From IMG/VR virus record IMGVR_UViG_2585427757_000006: DNA of 64,000 bases; one strand, written 5' to 3'. A program made the translations under genes and the position numbers. Shown here piece after piece: positions 12,957 through 23,154 of the stretch (positions are counted from its first letter, which is position 1; every line of letters starts with the position of its first letter). This DNA comes from a virus (taxonomy: Duplodnaviria > Heunggongvirae > Uroviricota > Caudoviricetes). Under the pieces are notes generated by a model. The model was not told the origin of the DNA, made no database searches, and saw nothing but the letters and a program-made list of their open reading frames with translations.

Positions 12957-13985
12957 TTACAGAGAGTCCAGCTCTCTCAGTAGGTCATCCAGACCTTCAT
13001 CTTCCGTCGCAGATGCGGCTGCTACAGATGTCGCTGCGACTGCTTCAGACTCTTTGACTGATACTGCAACGGCAGCGGGACTTGCTTCTGGTTTAAATTC
13101 AGTTTCAACGGCACGGAGGATTTCTTCATCAACCAGACTGGTTGGTTCAGAAGCTGGGGTATGAGCGGTAGCTACAGCAGTCGCACCCTCCGTATGACCA
13201 GTGACAGAGCCAAATCCAGGTAGTGCCGCAGCCGATGTTTTCGCGGTTGAGGAAATTGCTGGTGCAGATGCTGCGGCAGTTGGTGCAGCGATGCCAATCA
13301 GACGACCCATAGTGCGAACTGTCGACAGAAGACGAGTTTCATCAGCCTGATTTGCGTATGCGATCAGATCATGCTGGGTGTTCCAGAATTTATCTTCGAT
13401 ATCGCCTTTGTAGACTTTACGCTTAGGCGAGACGTCATATTTGGTATCGCGACCAGAGCCAGTACGTTTAATCAGGAATGCGTAGCCTTCCTCTTTGCTC
13501 AGTGGATTGCCGATATCATCAGCGATGTCTTCGGTGATTGCTTTGCAGATATCATCGAATACAGTAGACGGCAGCTCGATTAACTGGCATTTCTCAGCAT
13601 CTGCGAAATCCTCACGAGCAGAAAGAATGCCGTTGACCAGGTAGCGAGGAGTGGCACGCATTTGACCGATGCGTTCTTCCATTGCTTTGTTACCCTTGTG
13701 ACGAGCGCGACCTTCCATCACCATTTCGCATAGCTGACAAGCGCGACCGTGAGTATGTTGCTCACAAATATAAGCGTTGGTTGCTTCTTTACCTTCCTCG
13801 TTCTGATACTTAACGTAGTGCATACCGAAAGTCTGGAAGAACTTACCGTTTGGGTCGTCTTTATTCGGGAAGATGCGGATATAGTTGACGCCGTCTTTTA
13901 AGCGAGTCAGATCAACGTTGTTACCACGTTTGGCGGCAATGTCTTCACGAGTTTTGTTAAGCAAATCAAGTAATGTCTTAGACAT
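12957..13985 (-). CDS. T4 gp32-like single-stranded DNA-binding protein
   Basis: IRIFPNKDDPNG and zinc motif CEQHTHGRACQLCE resemble gp32; Ala/Ser/Thr-rich linker; acidic C-terminal tail EDEGLDDLLRELDSL. Confidence 0.7.
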   Translation of the reverse strand: MSKTLLDLLNKTREDIAAKRGNNVDLTRLKDGVNYIRIFPNKDDPNGKFFQTFGMHYVKYQNEEGKEATNAYICEQHTHGRACQLCEMVMEGRARHKGNKAMEERIGQMRATPRYLVNGILSAREDFADAEKCQLIELPSTVFDDICKAITEDIADDIGNPLSKEEGYAFLIKRTGSGRDTKYDVSPKRKVYKGDIEDKFWNTQHDLIAYANQADETRLLSTVRTMGRLIGIAAPTAAASAPAISSTAKTSAAALPGFGSVTGHTEGATAVATAHTPASEPTSLVDEEILRAVETEFKPEASPAAVAVSVKESEAVAATSVAAASATEDEGLDDLLRELDSL

Positions 13986-14102
13986 GTGTTTCTCCTTGTT
14001 GTGATTTGGCCGATGGCGCTATGCGCGTTGGGCTTTCGTTCATTCGTGGCTCTTTCGAGCTGTTAAATGATAGATCAGTACTTACTTATTATCTATCAAA
14101 AA

Positions 14103-14558
14103 TCAACGGGGAGTAATAAAGCGTTCAGAGCCTAATCGCTCTAATTCAACGATGGCCATCTTTGACGCCTGAACGATCATGTCTCGGCGATGCGAAAAGG
14201 CGGCGACAGCATGTTTGTATATGTCTGCGATGTGCCGTGCTTCATCCAACTTCTGCCTTTTAGACAGATACTGTGGGTTTGTTTTAACCTTAGCGTCCAG
14301 TACAGATTCGTTGAACTTAATGCCGTTCATACTCAAGTTCTTACGCTCTGTGTCGTATAGCTTTGCTTCAACAGCTTCAAGGTTAAGTTTTGCCTCTGCG
14401 ACACTTCTTTCTGCATGAGCGAGTTTTGAGCCATACTCCATTAAAAGGCGGGGTTGTCTACGCCAGACTTCCTCCAGATTGTCTCGGTCAAACTCGAGAT
14501 CAGACATTATTTTCTCGTAAATATCGGCGATCATGCACATTTCCTTATCACTTATCAT
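14103..14558 (-). CDS. hypothetical coiled-coil protein (151 aa)
   Basis: ORF track; same strand and operon context. Confidence 0.45.
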   Translation of the reverse strand: MISDKEMCMIADIYEKIMSDLEFDRDNLEEVWRRQPRLLMEYGSKLAHAERSVAEAKLNLEAVEAKLYDTERKNLSMNGIKFNESVLDAKVKTNPQYLSKRQKLDEARHIADIYKHAVAAFSHRRDMIVQASKMAIVELERLGSERFITPR

Positions 14559-14660
14559 TTTGTATTGATTATATCATTGTAATGATGAGGCAATGAGCTT
14601 GAAGATAGGGGGGGTGAGGGGATAAGGGAAAACATGGCCTTTATGGCCATGTTTATTGGA

Positions 14661-15830
14661 TCACGTCTTAATAGTTTCTGCTACGTCGGCTAATATCGCT
14701 TCTAGTCGTTCTCCCTCTTCAGGTCTGAAGTAAAGAATGTTGGGGTTAAACCCGTAAAAGACAGTAACGTCAAGGTCTGGAAGATACTCCTTCCTGCCGA
14801 CCAAATCGGATGGCTTGTTTTTGTTGTTAAACAATGAAGTTGCCCGGCTGCCACACGTCAGCACATAGGTCGGACGCACCAGATTGATCTCTTCACGCAT
14901 AAAGTCGGTGAACTGGCCGATCTCGTCTTTGGTGTAGTCTTTTTCTTTGTCTTTAACCTTCTTGCAAACACCTGTGACATAGAGATCGCCCATGCGTAAA
15001 TCTCCAGCCGTCAATAGCTTGGCCTTAAAGTCGTCGTATCCGTTCTCCATAAAGTAACCGGTTCGAGCATCATTGCCGTTCGCATTGTCCAGAATGATCA
15101 TGATTTTCGGCTTAATACCAATGCTGGGGCGGATTAGTTCATCACCTAAGCCCATTTCAGCCGCCATCCGCGTCATGAGTACGTTAATTTCAGCCGAACG
15201 TTTGGGGTTCATCTCAAACGGACGTGAGGCTTTAACTGCGTCTATGACAAGGTTTCCCATCAATTCAGCCTGGTCGCGTAGGCGCTCTGGATCAGTTGCT
15301 GGCAGACTGCCTGGCTCGATGGATGCAAACGCCCCTACTTTTTGCAGCGATTCGCGCACTCGACTATTACAGGCACGTTTCTCGACAGCTTCTTCGAATT
15401 GCGCCAGTGACTCGAATTTGCCGCCAACTTTTTCTCGCGCTCTCATGATGGCTTGGCAGCCATTCTCAGAACACCCCTTCACAGCAGAGAAGGGCGCATA
15501 CAGCACCTGGCTGCCATCTTCAAGCGTGCGGATCTCGATTCGGTTAGATGACACGTTAACGTCTGGTGGCAATACGCGAATGCCATAGGTCAGCGCATCT
15601 TTAACCAGCCCCTGGTGTTTATCTTCGCCAAGAATAGTGAGAGCAGCAGCGAAAAACTCTGCGGGATAATGAGTTTTCAACCACATAGATTGATAACTGA
15701 TTAAGGAGTAAGCAACAGAGTGTGATTTGTTGAAGGCATACGCGCCGGATTTCTCAAACATATTCCAGATTTCTTCGGCTCGTTCGTGCGTCAGGCCATT
15801 GCTCTCTTCGACAACACCGGTAATTTTCAT
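14661..15830 (-). CDS. dnaE: DNA polymerase III alpha (DnaE-type) C-terminal segment
   Basis: FNKSHSVAYSLISYQSMWLKTHYPAEF matches the conserved DnaE motif; ATG overlaps the HNH gene stop. Confidence 0.8.
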   Translation of the reverse strand: MKITGVVEESNGLTHERAEEIWNMFEKSGAYAFNKSHSVAYSLISYQSMWLKTHYPAEFFAAALTILGEDKHQGLVKDALTYGIRVLPPDVNVSSNRIEIRTLEDGSQVLYAPFSAVKGCSENGCQAIMRAREKVGGKFESLAQFEEAVEKRACNSRVRESLQKVGAFASIEPGSLPATDPERLRDQAELMGNLVIDAVKASRPFEMNPKRSAEINVLMTRMAAEMGLGDELIRPSIGIKPKIMIILDNANGNDARTGYFMENGYDDFKAKLLTAGDLRMGDLYVTGVCKKVKDKEKDYTKDEIGQFTDFMREEINLVRPTYVLTCGSRATSLFNNKNKPSDLVGRKEYLPDLDVTVFYGFNPNILYFRPEEGERLEAILADVAETIKT

Positions 15831-16561
15831 GCAGTCACCTCATCAATCTTCACGAACTCATCCCCATTGGAGGCCAGCCAGTTCCGTTGGCGCTCCCAGC
15901 TCCATATCTCTTCACGCATTTCACTATGCAGGCGAATGTGGGCGTCTTCTGGAAGTGCTACAAGATTCCCAGGGGCGTTATCTATCGTATCGCGGTTAAT
16001 ATGGTGGACATGTTCATCGTCACGTAGCTCCCGACCGAGACGTTCTTTCGCTATCAATCGATGAACGTATTCGTATTGCGAAACGCCATTGTTACCAACC
16101 AGCTGCATCATGTAGCCGTTGGTTTTTACGATGATGCCACCTTTGTAGTTGTTCGCTTCTTCTCCGATCTTTCCGCGTTTGGCAGCCGCCAGCTTTTCCT
16201 TCGTCTCCGCGCGGATTGTTCTGCCGGTTAGCTTTTTCGAAACGGTGGCCACTCGCTCATCGATATCAGCACGCAGACCGGCATTCCACGAGGTTTTCCC
16301 ATACATAGGGTTGCCAGTGCCAGTCCGGGCTTCGGAGAGACGCTTCATACGTTCGTCATTATTTTTGTTTTTGCCACGATTCCAGGCTGGGGTAGCGGAG
16401 ATCCGCGCGCTTCCGCGCCTGATCCCCCATTTGGCTAATAAGCGGTCAATATTTGCCTTGCTGCAACCAGCTTCGGCGGCAATGTCTTCTTTTCTCATCA
16501 GGTCAACCATGTAACGCTGACGTAACCATTCTTCTGTGATTTTGTACTTCGTACTCGGCAT
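15827..16561 (-). CDS. HNH homing endonuclease inserted between the two dnaE segments
   Basis: HNH motif HVHHINRDTIDNAPGNLVALPEDAHIRLH; N-terminal NUMOD-like repeats (NPMYGKTSWNAG, GRTIRAETKEKLAAAKRGK). Confidence 0.85.
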   Translation of the reverse strand: MPSTKYKITEEWLRQRYMVDLMRKEDIAAEAGCSKANIDRLLAKWGIRRGSARISATPAWNRGKNKNNDERMKRLSEARTGTGNPMYGKTSWNAGLRADIDERVATVSKKLTGRTIRAETKEKLAAAKRGKIGEEANNYKGGIIVKTNGYMMQLVGNNGVSQYEYVHRLIAKERLGRELRDDEHVHHINRDTIDNAPGNLVALPEDAHIRLHSEMREEIWSWERQRNWLASNGDEFVKIDEVTA

Positions 16562-16609
16562 TTCTAAGACTCACTAAACAAATTGTTTTCTTATCTTATA
16601 AATTAATTC

Positions 16610-18973
16610 TCAAATATCGAAGCTCGTTATGTCGGCATTTATTGCCATTGCTTCGGCATAAGTGCGACGCTCACCATCAGCACAAAGTAGGCGTGCTGCT
16701 TTATGGATTTTTCTCGTAGAACCATCATCCAGTGACACTGTCACCCAGCCTTCCTCCGCTCGCTTAATGAAGTCGCCGCCAATGGATTTCATTTTCTCCA
16801 TATCTTTTTTCCCGATCGCTTTCCTGACCGAGTCTGCTTCCGCCATTGAGAACCCCGCCAAGATTCGCGTAGCAGCCATGATCTGTTCCTGATAAATCAG
16901 AACTCCGTTTGTGTCGCGAGAGATGTCGTCCAGCATTGGGTGTAAGGAATGTGGGGCCATGAAGCCTTTGGCCACGGACACATAATCGTCCAACATGCCG
17001 GATTGAATCGGGCCAGGTCGGAAGAGCGCAGTTGTAGCGACGACCGTTTTAAAGCTCATTGGCTCAATTCCACCACCTAAATCTTTAAGCAGCTTGCGCA
17101 TTGGGCCTGATTCAAGCTGGAATACGCCCTGTGTATACCCTGCAGCAAAACCATCCAGCACCTTGCGATCTTCAAGAGAAATGGCATCAAGATTGATATC
17201 TTCACCTGTGTTCTCTTTTATGTAGCGTTTTGCACTATCGAGCAAATCGAGAGTTGCCAGGCCAAGCACGTCCAGCTTAATTAGGCCCATAGCCTCGCAG
17301 TAACGCTTGTCAAATGCGATACAACGCGCGTCACCACGGCGTTCAACCGGTGTACGTTCTGTCAGAGGAACACCTGCTACGATCATCCCTGCCGCATGTC
17401 TACCAAAGCCACGCATAAGGCTTTGTAACTTGCAGGCTGCATTGAATGCATCAGGATATTTTGTTGCGTATTTGTCGAGACTTGCCAGTTGTTCGCGCAG
17501 CTCTTCCAATGGAAGGCTATCATCCTCGACGTTCTTCAGTTCTTTTGATACCGCCATATCTGCGGACTCCACACCATAAATACGAGCGGTGTCACGTAGT
17601 GCAGAGGCTGCGCCCAGGTAGGTGAAGTTCGGAATGCCTGCAACGTAATCTTCGCCGTAGCGTTCATTCAGATACTCGATCACCTCATGGCGACGTGCCT
17701 GGCTGAAGTCCAAGTCCGCATCCGGCAAGTCGAGACGCTCAGGGTTGATGAAACGCTCAAACAGAAGACCGTGACGGATTGGGTCGACGTTGGTTATGCC
17801 TATGCACCACGCCACCAGAGAACCGGCAGAGGAACCACGACCAGGCCCAACGGGAATGCCAGTTTCACGACTATGATTCATCAGATCGCGCACCATCAGG
17901 AAGTAACCACAGAATCCCAGGCGAGTCAGCGTGTCCATTTCGTACTTTAGCCGCTCAACATAAACCCTGTTCTCAGAAGCAGGTGGTGTGTATCCAAACT
18001 CTTTTGTGGTAAGACGTTTACGCAGCCCTGCAACAGCCAGTTTCATCAGCGTTGCAGGTTCGTCGTCTGCCATCTTGGGCAGTGCTGGTGGCAATTCATG
18101 CCAGCGCCATGTGCAGGCATCGATAATGGAGTCCTGCGTTGTTGAGGCCATTGCAGCTGTTACCGGCACATCCATGCGAACGGAGAAGGCTTTAAGCGCC
18201 TCAAGGAGATGGCGACGACCATTGATGGCGTTATCTCGCTGGTGGGGGATACGCAGACGATGCGGCTGGTCGATTTTTATGTTGTTCGTAACCATGTGCG
18301 CAATGTCTTTAATGTCTGCATCGTCGATCGATTCGTAATAAGCGGGATAGAACGCCACTGGCTCTATTTTCAATGCGCTGGCGACTTTCATCGCCCGGAC
18401 GTTAATCTGGTCGTAGAATGGGGTAGGGTGCGGATAAACCACACTATAGAAGTTGTCTTTTCCACCCGCTGTAATCAGTGTGCTTATGATTTTTGCAAAA
18501 TCGTTGCGTTGGAACACGCTACCGATGTCGGAAGTAAGCAGGATGATGTTGCCTTTGGCATATGTAGAAACCAACTGTTCGAGCGAGAGACGCGGCACAA
18601 AGTAGAACTGTTCTCGTGTGTTGGCCACCGTCATTAGTTCGCAGATGTCGCGATATCCTTGCTCATTTTTAATTAGAGCGGTAAACGAGTAGTTACGTCC
18701 CCGCTCTAATGATTCCATACATCTCATAGATTCTTTAGCAAGTTTAGCCCGGTGCTCGTATGTGGGATCATCAACAATGTTTAGTTTCACACCACAAATA
18801 ACCGCCATGTCGTCACCAGCGGCACGTTGTAGTGGAATAACGCTCGCAATATTCATGCTATCTGCTGAAATTACAGCGGTGTAGCCAGCTTCTCTGGCAA
18901 TCTTCACCGCGTTTTCAGCTTTTAGAGCCGACTCCCCAAGTGAGAAGTCAGTTCGAACCATCAGTGCCTTCAT
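16610..18973 (-). CDS. dnaE: DNA polymerase III alpha (DnaE-type) N-terminal segment (PHP plus polymerase core)
   Basis: GPGRGSSAGSLVAWCIGITNVDPI and LIKLDVLGLATLDLL match conserved DnaE core motifs. Confidence 0.85.
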   Translation of the reverse strand: MKALMVRTDFSLGESALKAENAVKIAREAGYTAVISADSMNIASVIPLQRAAGDDMAVICGVKLNIVDDPTYEHRAKLAKESMRCMESLERGRNYSFTALIKNEQGYRDICELMTVANTREQFYFVPRLSLEQLVSTYAKGNIILLTSDIGSVFQRNDFAKIISTLITAGGKDNFYSVVYPHPTPFYDQINVRAMKVASALKIEPVAFYPAYYESIDDADIKDIAHMVTNNIKIDQPHRLRIPHQRDNAINGRRHLLEALKAFSVRMDVPVTAAMASTTQDSIIDACTWRWHELPPALPKMADDEPATLMKLAVAGLRKRLTTKEFGYTPPASENRVYVERLKYEMDTLTRLGFCGYFLMVRDLMNHSRETGIPVGPGRGSSAGSLVAWCIGITNVDPIRHGLLFERFINPERLDLPDADLDFSQARRHEVIEYLNERYGEDYVAGIPNFTYLGAASALRDTARIYGVESADMAVSKELKNVEDDSLPLEELREQLASLDKYATKYPDAFNAACKLQSLMRGFGRHAAGMIVAGVPLTERTPVERRGDARCIAFDKRYCEAMGLIKLDVLGLATLDLLDSAKRYIKENTGEDINLDAISLEDRKVLDGFAAGYTQGVFQLESGPMRKLLKDLGGGIEPMSFKTVVATTALFRPGPIQSGMLDDYVSVAKGFMAPHSLHPMLDDISRDTNGVLIYQEQIMAATRILAGFSMAEADSVRKAIGKKDMEKMKSIGGDFIKRAEEGWVTVSLDDGSTRKIHKAARLLCADGERRTYAEAMAINADITSFDI

Positions 18974-19151
18974 GTGTTTTTACCTTTCTGGTTTTTTTGA
19001 TTTTGTCATTGGGGAAGCCTACGAACTTCCCATGCATCGAAATCGCAACTTCTTTTGCTGATTGGTGACAATCGGGCTTGTCTGGACACACCAGACAAGC
19101 CTTACCAGTTTCAGAAGCAGCGATAAGAGAGCCGAAACATCCTTTACGCAC
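18948..19151 (-). CDS. small Cys-rich protein (67 aa)
   Basis: ORF track; CLVCPDKPDCH cluster. Confidence 0.3.
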   Translation of the reverse strand: MRKGCFGSLIAASETGKACLVCPDKPDCHQSAKEVAISMHGKFVGFPNDKIKKTRKVKTHEGTDGSN

Positions 19152-19153
19152 GA

Positions 19154-20389
19154 TTAACCAAATATTTTTTGAACAACTTCACGAGCCGCTTGTGCAGAAG
19201 CTGAAGGGAGTTTGTTAATGAAAGAACGCTCAATACCTGTCACAAAGTCGCCTCGCATCATTCCAATCTTGGCCGACAACAAAAGTTCACGAGGGCCAAT
19301 TGGCTGACTAATAAGGTGTTCTTCGTATCCATCGCGAACGATACCGGCAAACTTAACCATCTTTTCAGCGTATTCATCCACGATGCCTGCATTTGTCAAC
19401 ATGTTGATCTCTGCGTCTTTGCTCATGTATTTCACATTCGAAACGATGCCAAAACGCGAAAAGTTCGCGGCGTTCTGGATGTTTGTACCCTGGTACAAGC
19501 CGGTTTCATCACCAGATCCGTTCGTGTTGCCAGTGCCAATGAAAGCAAACCGTTCATGCGGAGTAATGCGACGCCATTCTGGAGTTGCCTCTTTGATGAC
19601 CAACGCTTCACCTTCCAGCACTGGCTGATACACGCCAAGAATTTGTGGAAACGCAAAGTCGTATTCATCCGCGAGGTAAACCCAGCCATGCTTCATTGCG
19701 AGCGCAAGCAAGCCAGGTTCGAAATACGTAGAGCCATCACGCGCCAGAATTTGCCCCGTAACATGTGCCTCTTCCATTGATGCTGTATGTTGGGCACGGA
19801 TCAACGGACGATTGAGCAAAGCACATAGCTGTGTAGGCAATGACGATTTGCCTGTTCCTGCATGACCCCACAAATAGCCAGGTATGCCAAGTTCAAGCAT
19901 CATGAAAATATCTTTGATCAGTTCGAAGTCGCCATATACGTAGCCTTTCTTCACTTCGGGAACGAACTCTGGATACGGCGTATTGACGTTGACGCTAACC
20001 ATGAGCGGCGTCCCACGTTTTGTTCCGAGTTCTTCCACCGTTACGTTTAGCAGTTCGTGAGCTGCGACCAGATCTGTCTTGTACTCAACTGTGCCTGTGT
20101 AGCCAGGGCTACTGGTCAAGCCAGAAGATTTGGCCATTTCGCTTTTTTGCTCGGCACGTTTAGCTTGAATTGCATCAAGTGCCTTTTTCGATAGCGTTGG
20201 TTCATCTGGAAACTGCGTTGTGTACATTTTCAGTACGGTGTCAGGATCGGCATCTTTTACTGACTCAGGAATGCCCTCGCAATTACCATTGGCTACATGG
20301 GACTTAAAATAGTGAAATGATTTGCCGCACCACTTGCAAACAAGGTAATCAGAAGGATTTTTTTCATTTTGCAGTGCAGTAGTCGTCAT
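19154..20389 (-). CDS. AAA+ ATPase, CobS/MoxR-like
   Basis: Walker A GHAGTGKSSL; N-terminal Cys cluster CKWCGKSFHYFKSH; paired with a vWA protein upstream. Confidence 0.8.
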   Translation of the reverse strand: MTTTALQNEKNPSDYLVCKWCGKSFHYFKSHVANGNCEGIPESVKDADPDTVLKMYTTQFPDEPTLSKKALDAIQAKRAEQKSEMAKSSGLTSSPGYTGTVEYKTDLVAAHELLNVTVEELGTKRGTPLMVSVNVNTPYPEFVPEVKKGYVYGDFELIKDIFMMLELGIPGYLWGHAGTGKSSLPTQLCALLNRPLIRAQHTASMEEAHVTGQILARDGSTYFEPGLLALAMKHGWVYLADEYDFAFPQILGVYQPVLEGEALVIKEATPEWRRITPHERFAFIGTGNTNGSGDETGLYQGTNIQNAANFSRFGIVSNVKYMSKDAEINMLTNAGIVDEYAEKMVKFAGIVRDGYEEHLISQPIGPRELLLSAKIGMMRGDFVTGIERSFINKLPSASAQAAREVVQKIFG

Positions 20390-20484
20390 GCGTTTTTCCT
20401 TTGTTCTCTAATGAGCGTTCAACTTCTTATATAAATATATCATCATCTATCGTAAGTAGTTACTTATCGTTAAGGCTGTTTTGT

Positions 20485-22593
20485 TCACTTTAAAATGATA
20501 CGAGATAGTTCAGTAACTACAGATGAACCAAGACTATCAACGCTCGTTACCAGGGCATGATTTGAGTAAAATCTCTCCGGTGCGTCAGTCATGATGCCAA
20601 TTGCCATCAAATCAATATCAGTCTGCGTTTCAATTTGCTTCGCAACTGAACGCAAATGAGCGTCAAAACCTCTCCCAACAGCCCACGGCGCGCCATCACT
20701 CAGAACAAGCATGATCTTCCTGTCCTCCATGCGACCGGAAAATAACGATGCAAGGCTGGCTATGCTTTCACCATCCACGTTATTAAGAAGTGGGAATGTG
20801 TAGCCTACGCACCCCATACGTGAGCGAACTTCGCGAGAATTTACCTTTTCATTCCAATTTTTGATGATAGGTAGCATTAAAGATTCAAAGCGAGAGAACT
20901 CATACTTGACAGCCTTAAGTTCTCCTGCCGCCATATGACTACCAAATGTAGTGAAGCCGGTGATAATGTTGGGAACATTTATTCGATCAAGGGCATCGGC
21001 GATGGTATATGCACTTGCAAGAGCCAGTTTAATCGTTATACCACTCATTGAACCTGATAAATCAATCACTTGTTGAACACAGGCGTTAACGGCTTTAGAT
21101 TCTTCTTTTTTACGAAACACGCGAGCATCATTCATTGCTAATCTGTAGATACTAGAACCATGAATGCGCCCCCGACGCTGGCCCGGTATAAACTGAACTC
21201 TGTTTCTGCTTGCTATTGCTCGCTCCAGGTCTTTTGCCAGCGTCGACGAAACACCTGACGAAAGATGCTTTTCAATATATTTGTCGAAGAGCTGGTTGCC
21301 TTCAGGAACGATGCGATAGCGGCTGATTGGATATCCTCCCAAATCAATATCGGAGAATGTTTTAATAAGCCGTTTGATATGGGCTTCTGCCTGATCAATG
21401 GAGCCGATGAAGTCGTATGAGCGATTGTATGGCCTGTATTCGCTTTTCGAGCTTTCTGTTAACTCGCTTTTAATCGTTTCGGATAGCGCATCTTCTGTCA
21501 TGCCTCCGACTTCATCTTCCATGCTATCCAACTCCTCTAAAGCCTCTTCCAGACTCATTTTTGACGGAGTTGGGATATCTGAAGAGCCGTCTTCTGTCGT
21601 TTTTCTTTTTTCGTGGTCAGCGGTTAATGATTCTGACGCCGCGTTATCAGAAGCATCAGAATCTGATACCTCTTTATCATTTTCTGTATCATCGAATATT
21701 GTTTCTGATGATTCAGAATTATCTGAATCATCACTGTCGTTATTATCATGTTTGTGCTTACTATGTGATTCTGATTTGATAGATTTGTGGTTATCTAACA
21801 CTGAGGGTGTCTCATGATCTTCGTTGTCTTCACTGTTTTCTCCAGAGGCATCCGTCTGGTCAGCGTCTGAAGGATCGGAAGTTTTTCCCGGAGCTGACTC
21901 CTTACCTTTGCTTTCACTTTCAGTGTCTTTGAGGATCTTAGCTATGGTCGCAGCCACCTTTACACAATCCTCGGTGCAAGACATGTTACGCACGGCCACA
22001 TCGATACCATGTTCTTTTAATAATGAAATTGGTTTCTCAATGACAGGCCAATATTCATCCATGAAATCTACGAACGGTGCTTGGCCATCCCAGGCTCTTA
22101 CAACCGGACAGAGAAAGAAGTTTAGAAAAAGCGCGCGCTGATCTTTGCCACAATAAGCAATAGCCTCTGAAGCCTTTGGTTTAAAGACTTTTTCGATTAT
22201 AAGGCGCTGAGTTGCCATCAGATTACGTCTTGTTCCGTTAAAGACCTGACCCATTTTTCGCTCGATGAACACGTCTTCTAAGGCATTCCATAGCGACCAG
22301 GAAGGAACGCGTCCTTTTTCTCTCATTTTGTTGGACACACGAATATCGGTAAACAAAATGTGAGCAACCTCATGATCGAGAAATCCGCGCACAGCATTCA
22401 TCAATGCCGGTGTTGCGTTATCCGGGATTGATGGGATGTTTACGAGAATTGGCTCTCCATCATCGTTATAGCGTACATAAGCGTCGTCCCCTCGTTCTGC
22501 AACAGGGATGTTTTTACCTGAAAGGAGAGCGACTACTCGTTTTACACTGTCACGGAAGTCCTGAACCTCTTTGATGGAACGTTTTTTAGACAT
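20485..22593 (-). CDS. von Willebrand factor A domain protein, CobT-like, with long acidic Ser/Asp-rich linker
   Basis: MIDAS motif VIDLSGSMSG in C-terminal domain; central low-complexity acidic region. Confidence 0.8.
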   Translation of the reverse strand: MSKKRSIKEVQDFRDSVKRVVALLSGKNIPVAERGDDAYVRYNDDGEPILVNIPSIPDNATPALMNAVRGFLDHEVAHILFTDIRVSNKMREKGRVPSWSLWNALEDVFIERKMGQVFNGTRRNLMATQRLIIEKVFKPKASEAIAYCGKDQRALFLNFFLCPVVRAWDGQAPFVDFMDEYWPVIEKPISLLKEHGIDVAVRNMSCTEDCVKVAATIAKILKDTESESKGKESAPGKTSDPSDADQTDASGENSEDNEDHETPSVLDNHKSIKSESHSKHKHDNNDSDDSDNSESSETIFDDTENDKEVSDSDASDNAASESLTADHEKRKTTEDGSSDIPTPSKMSLEEALEELDSMEDEVGGMTEDALSETIKSELTESSKSEYRPYNRSYDFIGSIDQAEAHIKRLIKTFSDIDLGGYPISRYRIVPEGNQLFDKYIEKHLSSGVSSTLAKDLERAIASRNRVQFIPGQRRGRIHGSSIYRLAMNDARVFRKKEESKAVNACVQQVIDLSGSMSGITIKLALASAYTIADALDRINVPNIITGFTTFGSHMAAGELKAVKYEFSRFESLMLPIIKNWNEKVNSREVRSRMGCVGYTFPLLNNVDGESIASLASLFSGRMEDRKIMLVLSDGAPWAVGRGFDAHLRSVAKQIETQTDIDLMAIGIMTDAPERFYSNHALVTSVDSLGSSVVTELSRIILK

Positions 22594-22691
22594 GGCTAAT
22601 CCTTTGTTATGAAAACAAATTATTTACTAGTGTGTTTAATGTAGCACTGCGCGAACAGGGAACTAAGCCATTCGCGCAGGGAGAAGAGGGG

Positions 22692-22904
22692 TTAACAGAT
22701 TCTGACGGCTAAAGACCCGGAGCCGATATTGAGAAGCGTGAAGCGTTTGTTGTTAAGTTCGAATATAAAGCCAGTTGTGTCATTCACACCAACCTGAATC
22801 TGCTCATTCGGTAGATCGGTGAGGATGTCAGCTACACACTCATCAGCTAATTTCTGTACGTGTCCGATCTCAAGAGCGATTAGGCTGGAAATAGTGGTGT
22901 TCAT
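22692..22904 (-). CDS. hypothetical protein (70 aa)
   Basis: ORF track only. Confidence 0.3.
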   Translation of the reverse strand: MNTTISSLIALEIGHVQKLADECVADILTDLPNEQIQVGVNDTTGFIFELNNKRFTLLNIGSGSLAVRIC

Positions 22905-23154
22905 TCAATCAATCCATTCTAACTTATACTATGGTAAGGAATACTACTAAAATTTATATCAATACTGAATACATTCATATCATATGCAAGTTAATTTTCT
23001 TACCTGTTTTGGGCTAATTTTTCTCCGTGCAATGGCCTTTAACCGGTCTTTTAAGTGTCTATCGAAAAAATGATAATAGCTTTACAACCCTAACCTTTGA
23101 TGTAATATCGGTAAGCACTTACCAGAGAGAATTGAACGCGCAAAGGTTGTAACA

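Noticed and set aside
14661-15830. A fused uracil-DNA glycosylase-like domain in the C-terminal DnaE segment
   Set aside because: The ~350 residues after FNKSHS are about the expected length of the normal DnaE C-terminal region; no UDG motifs seen
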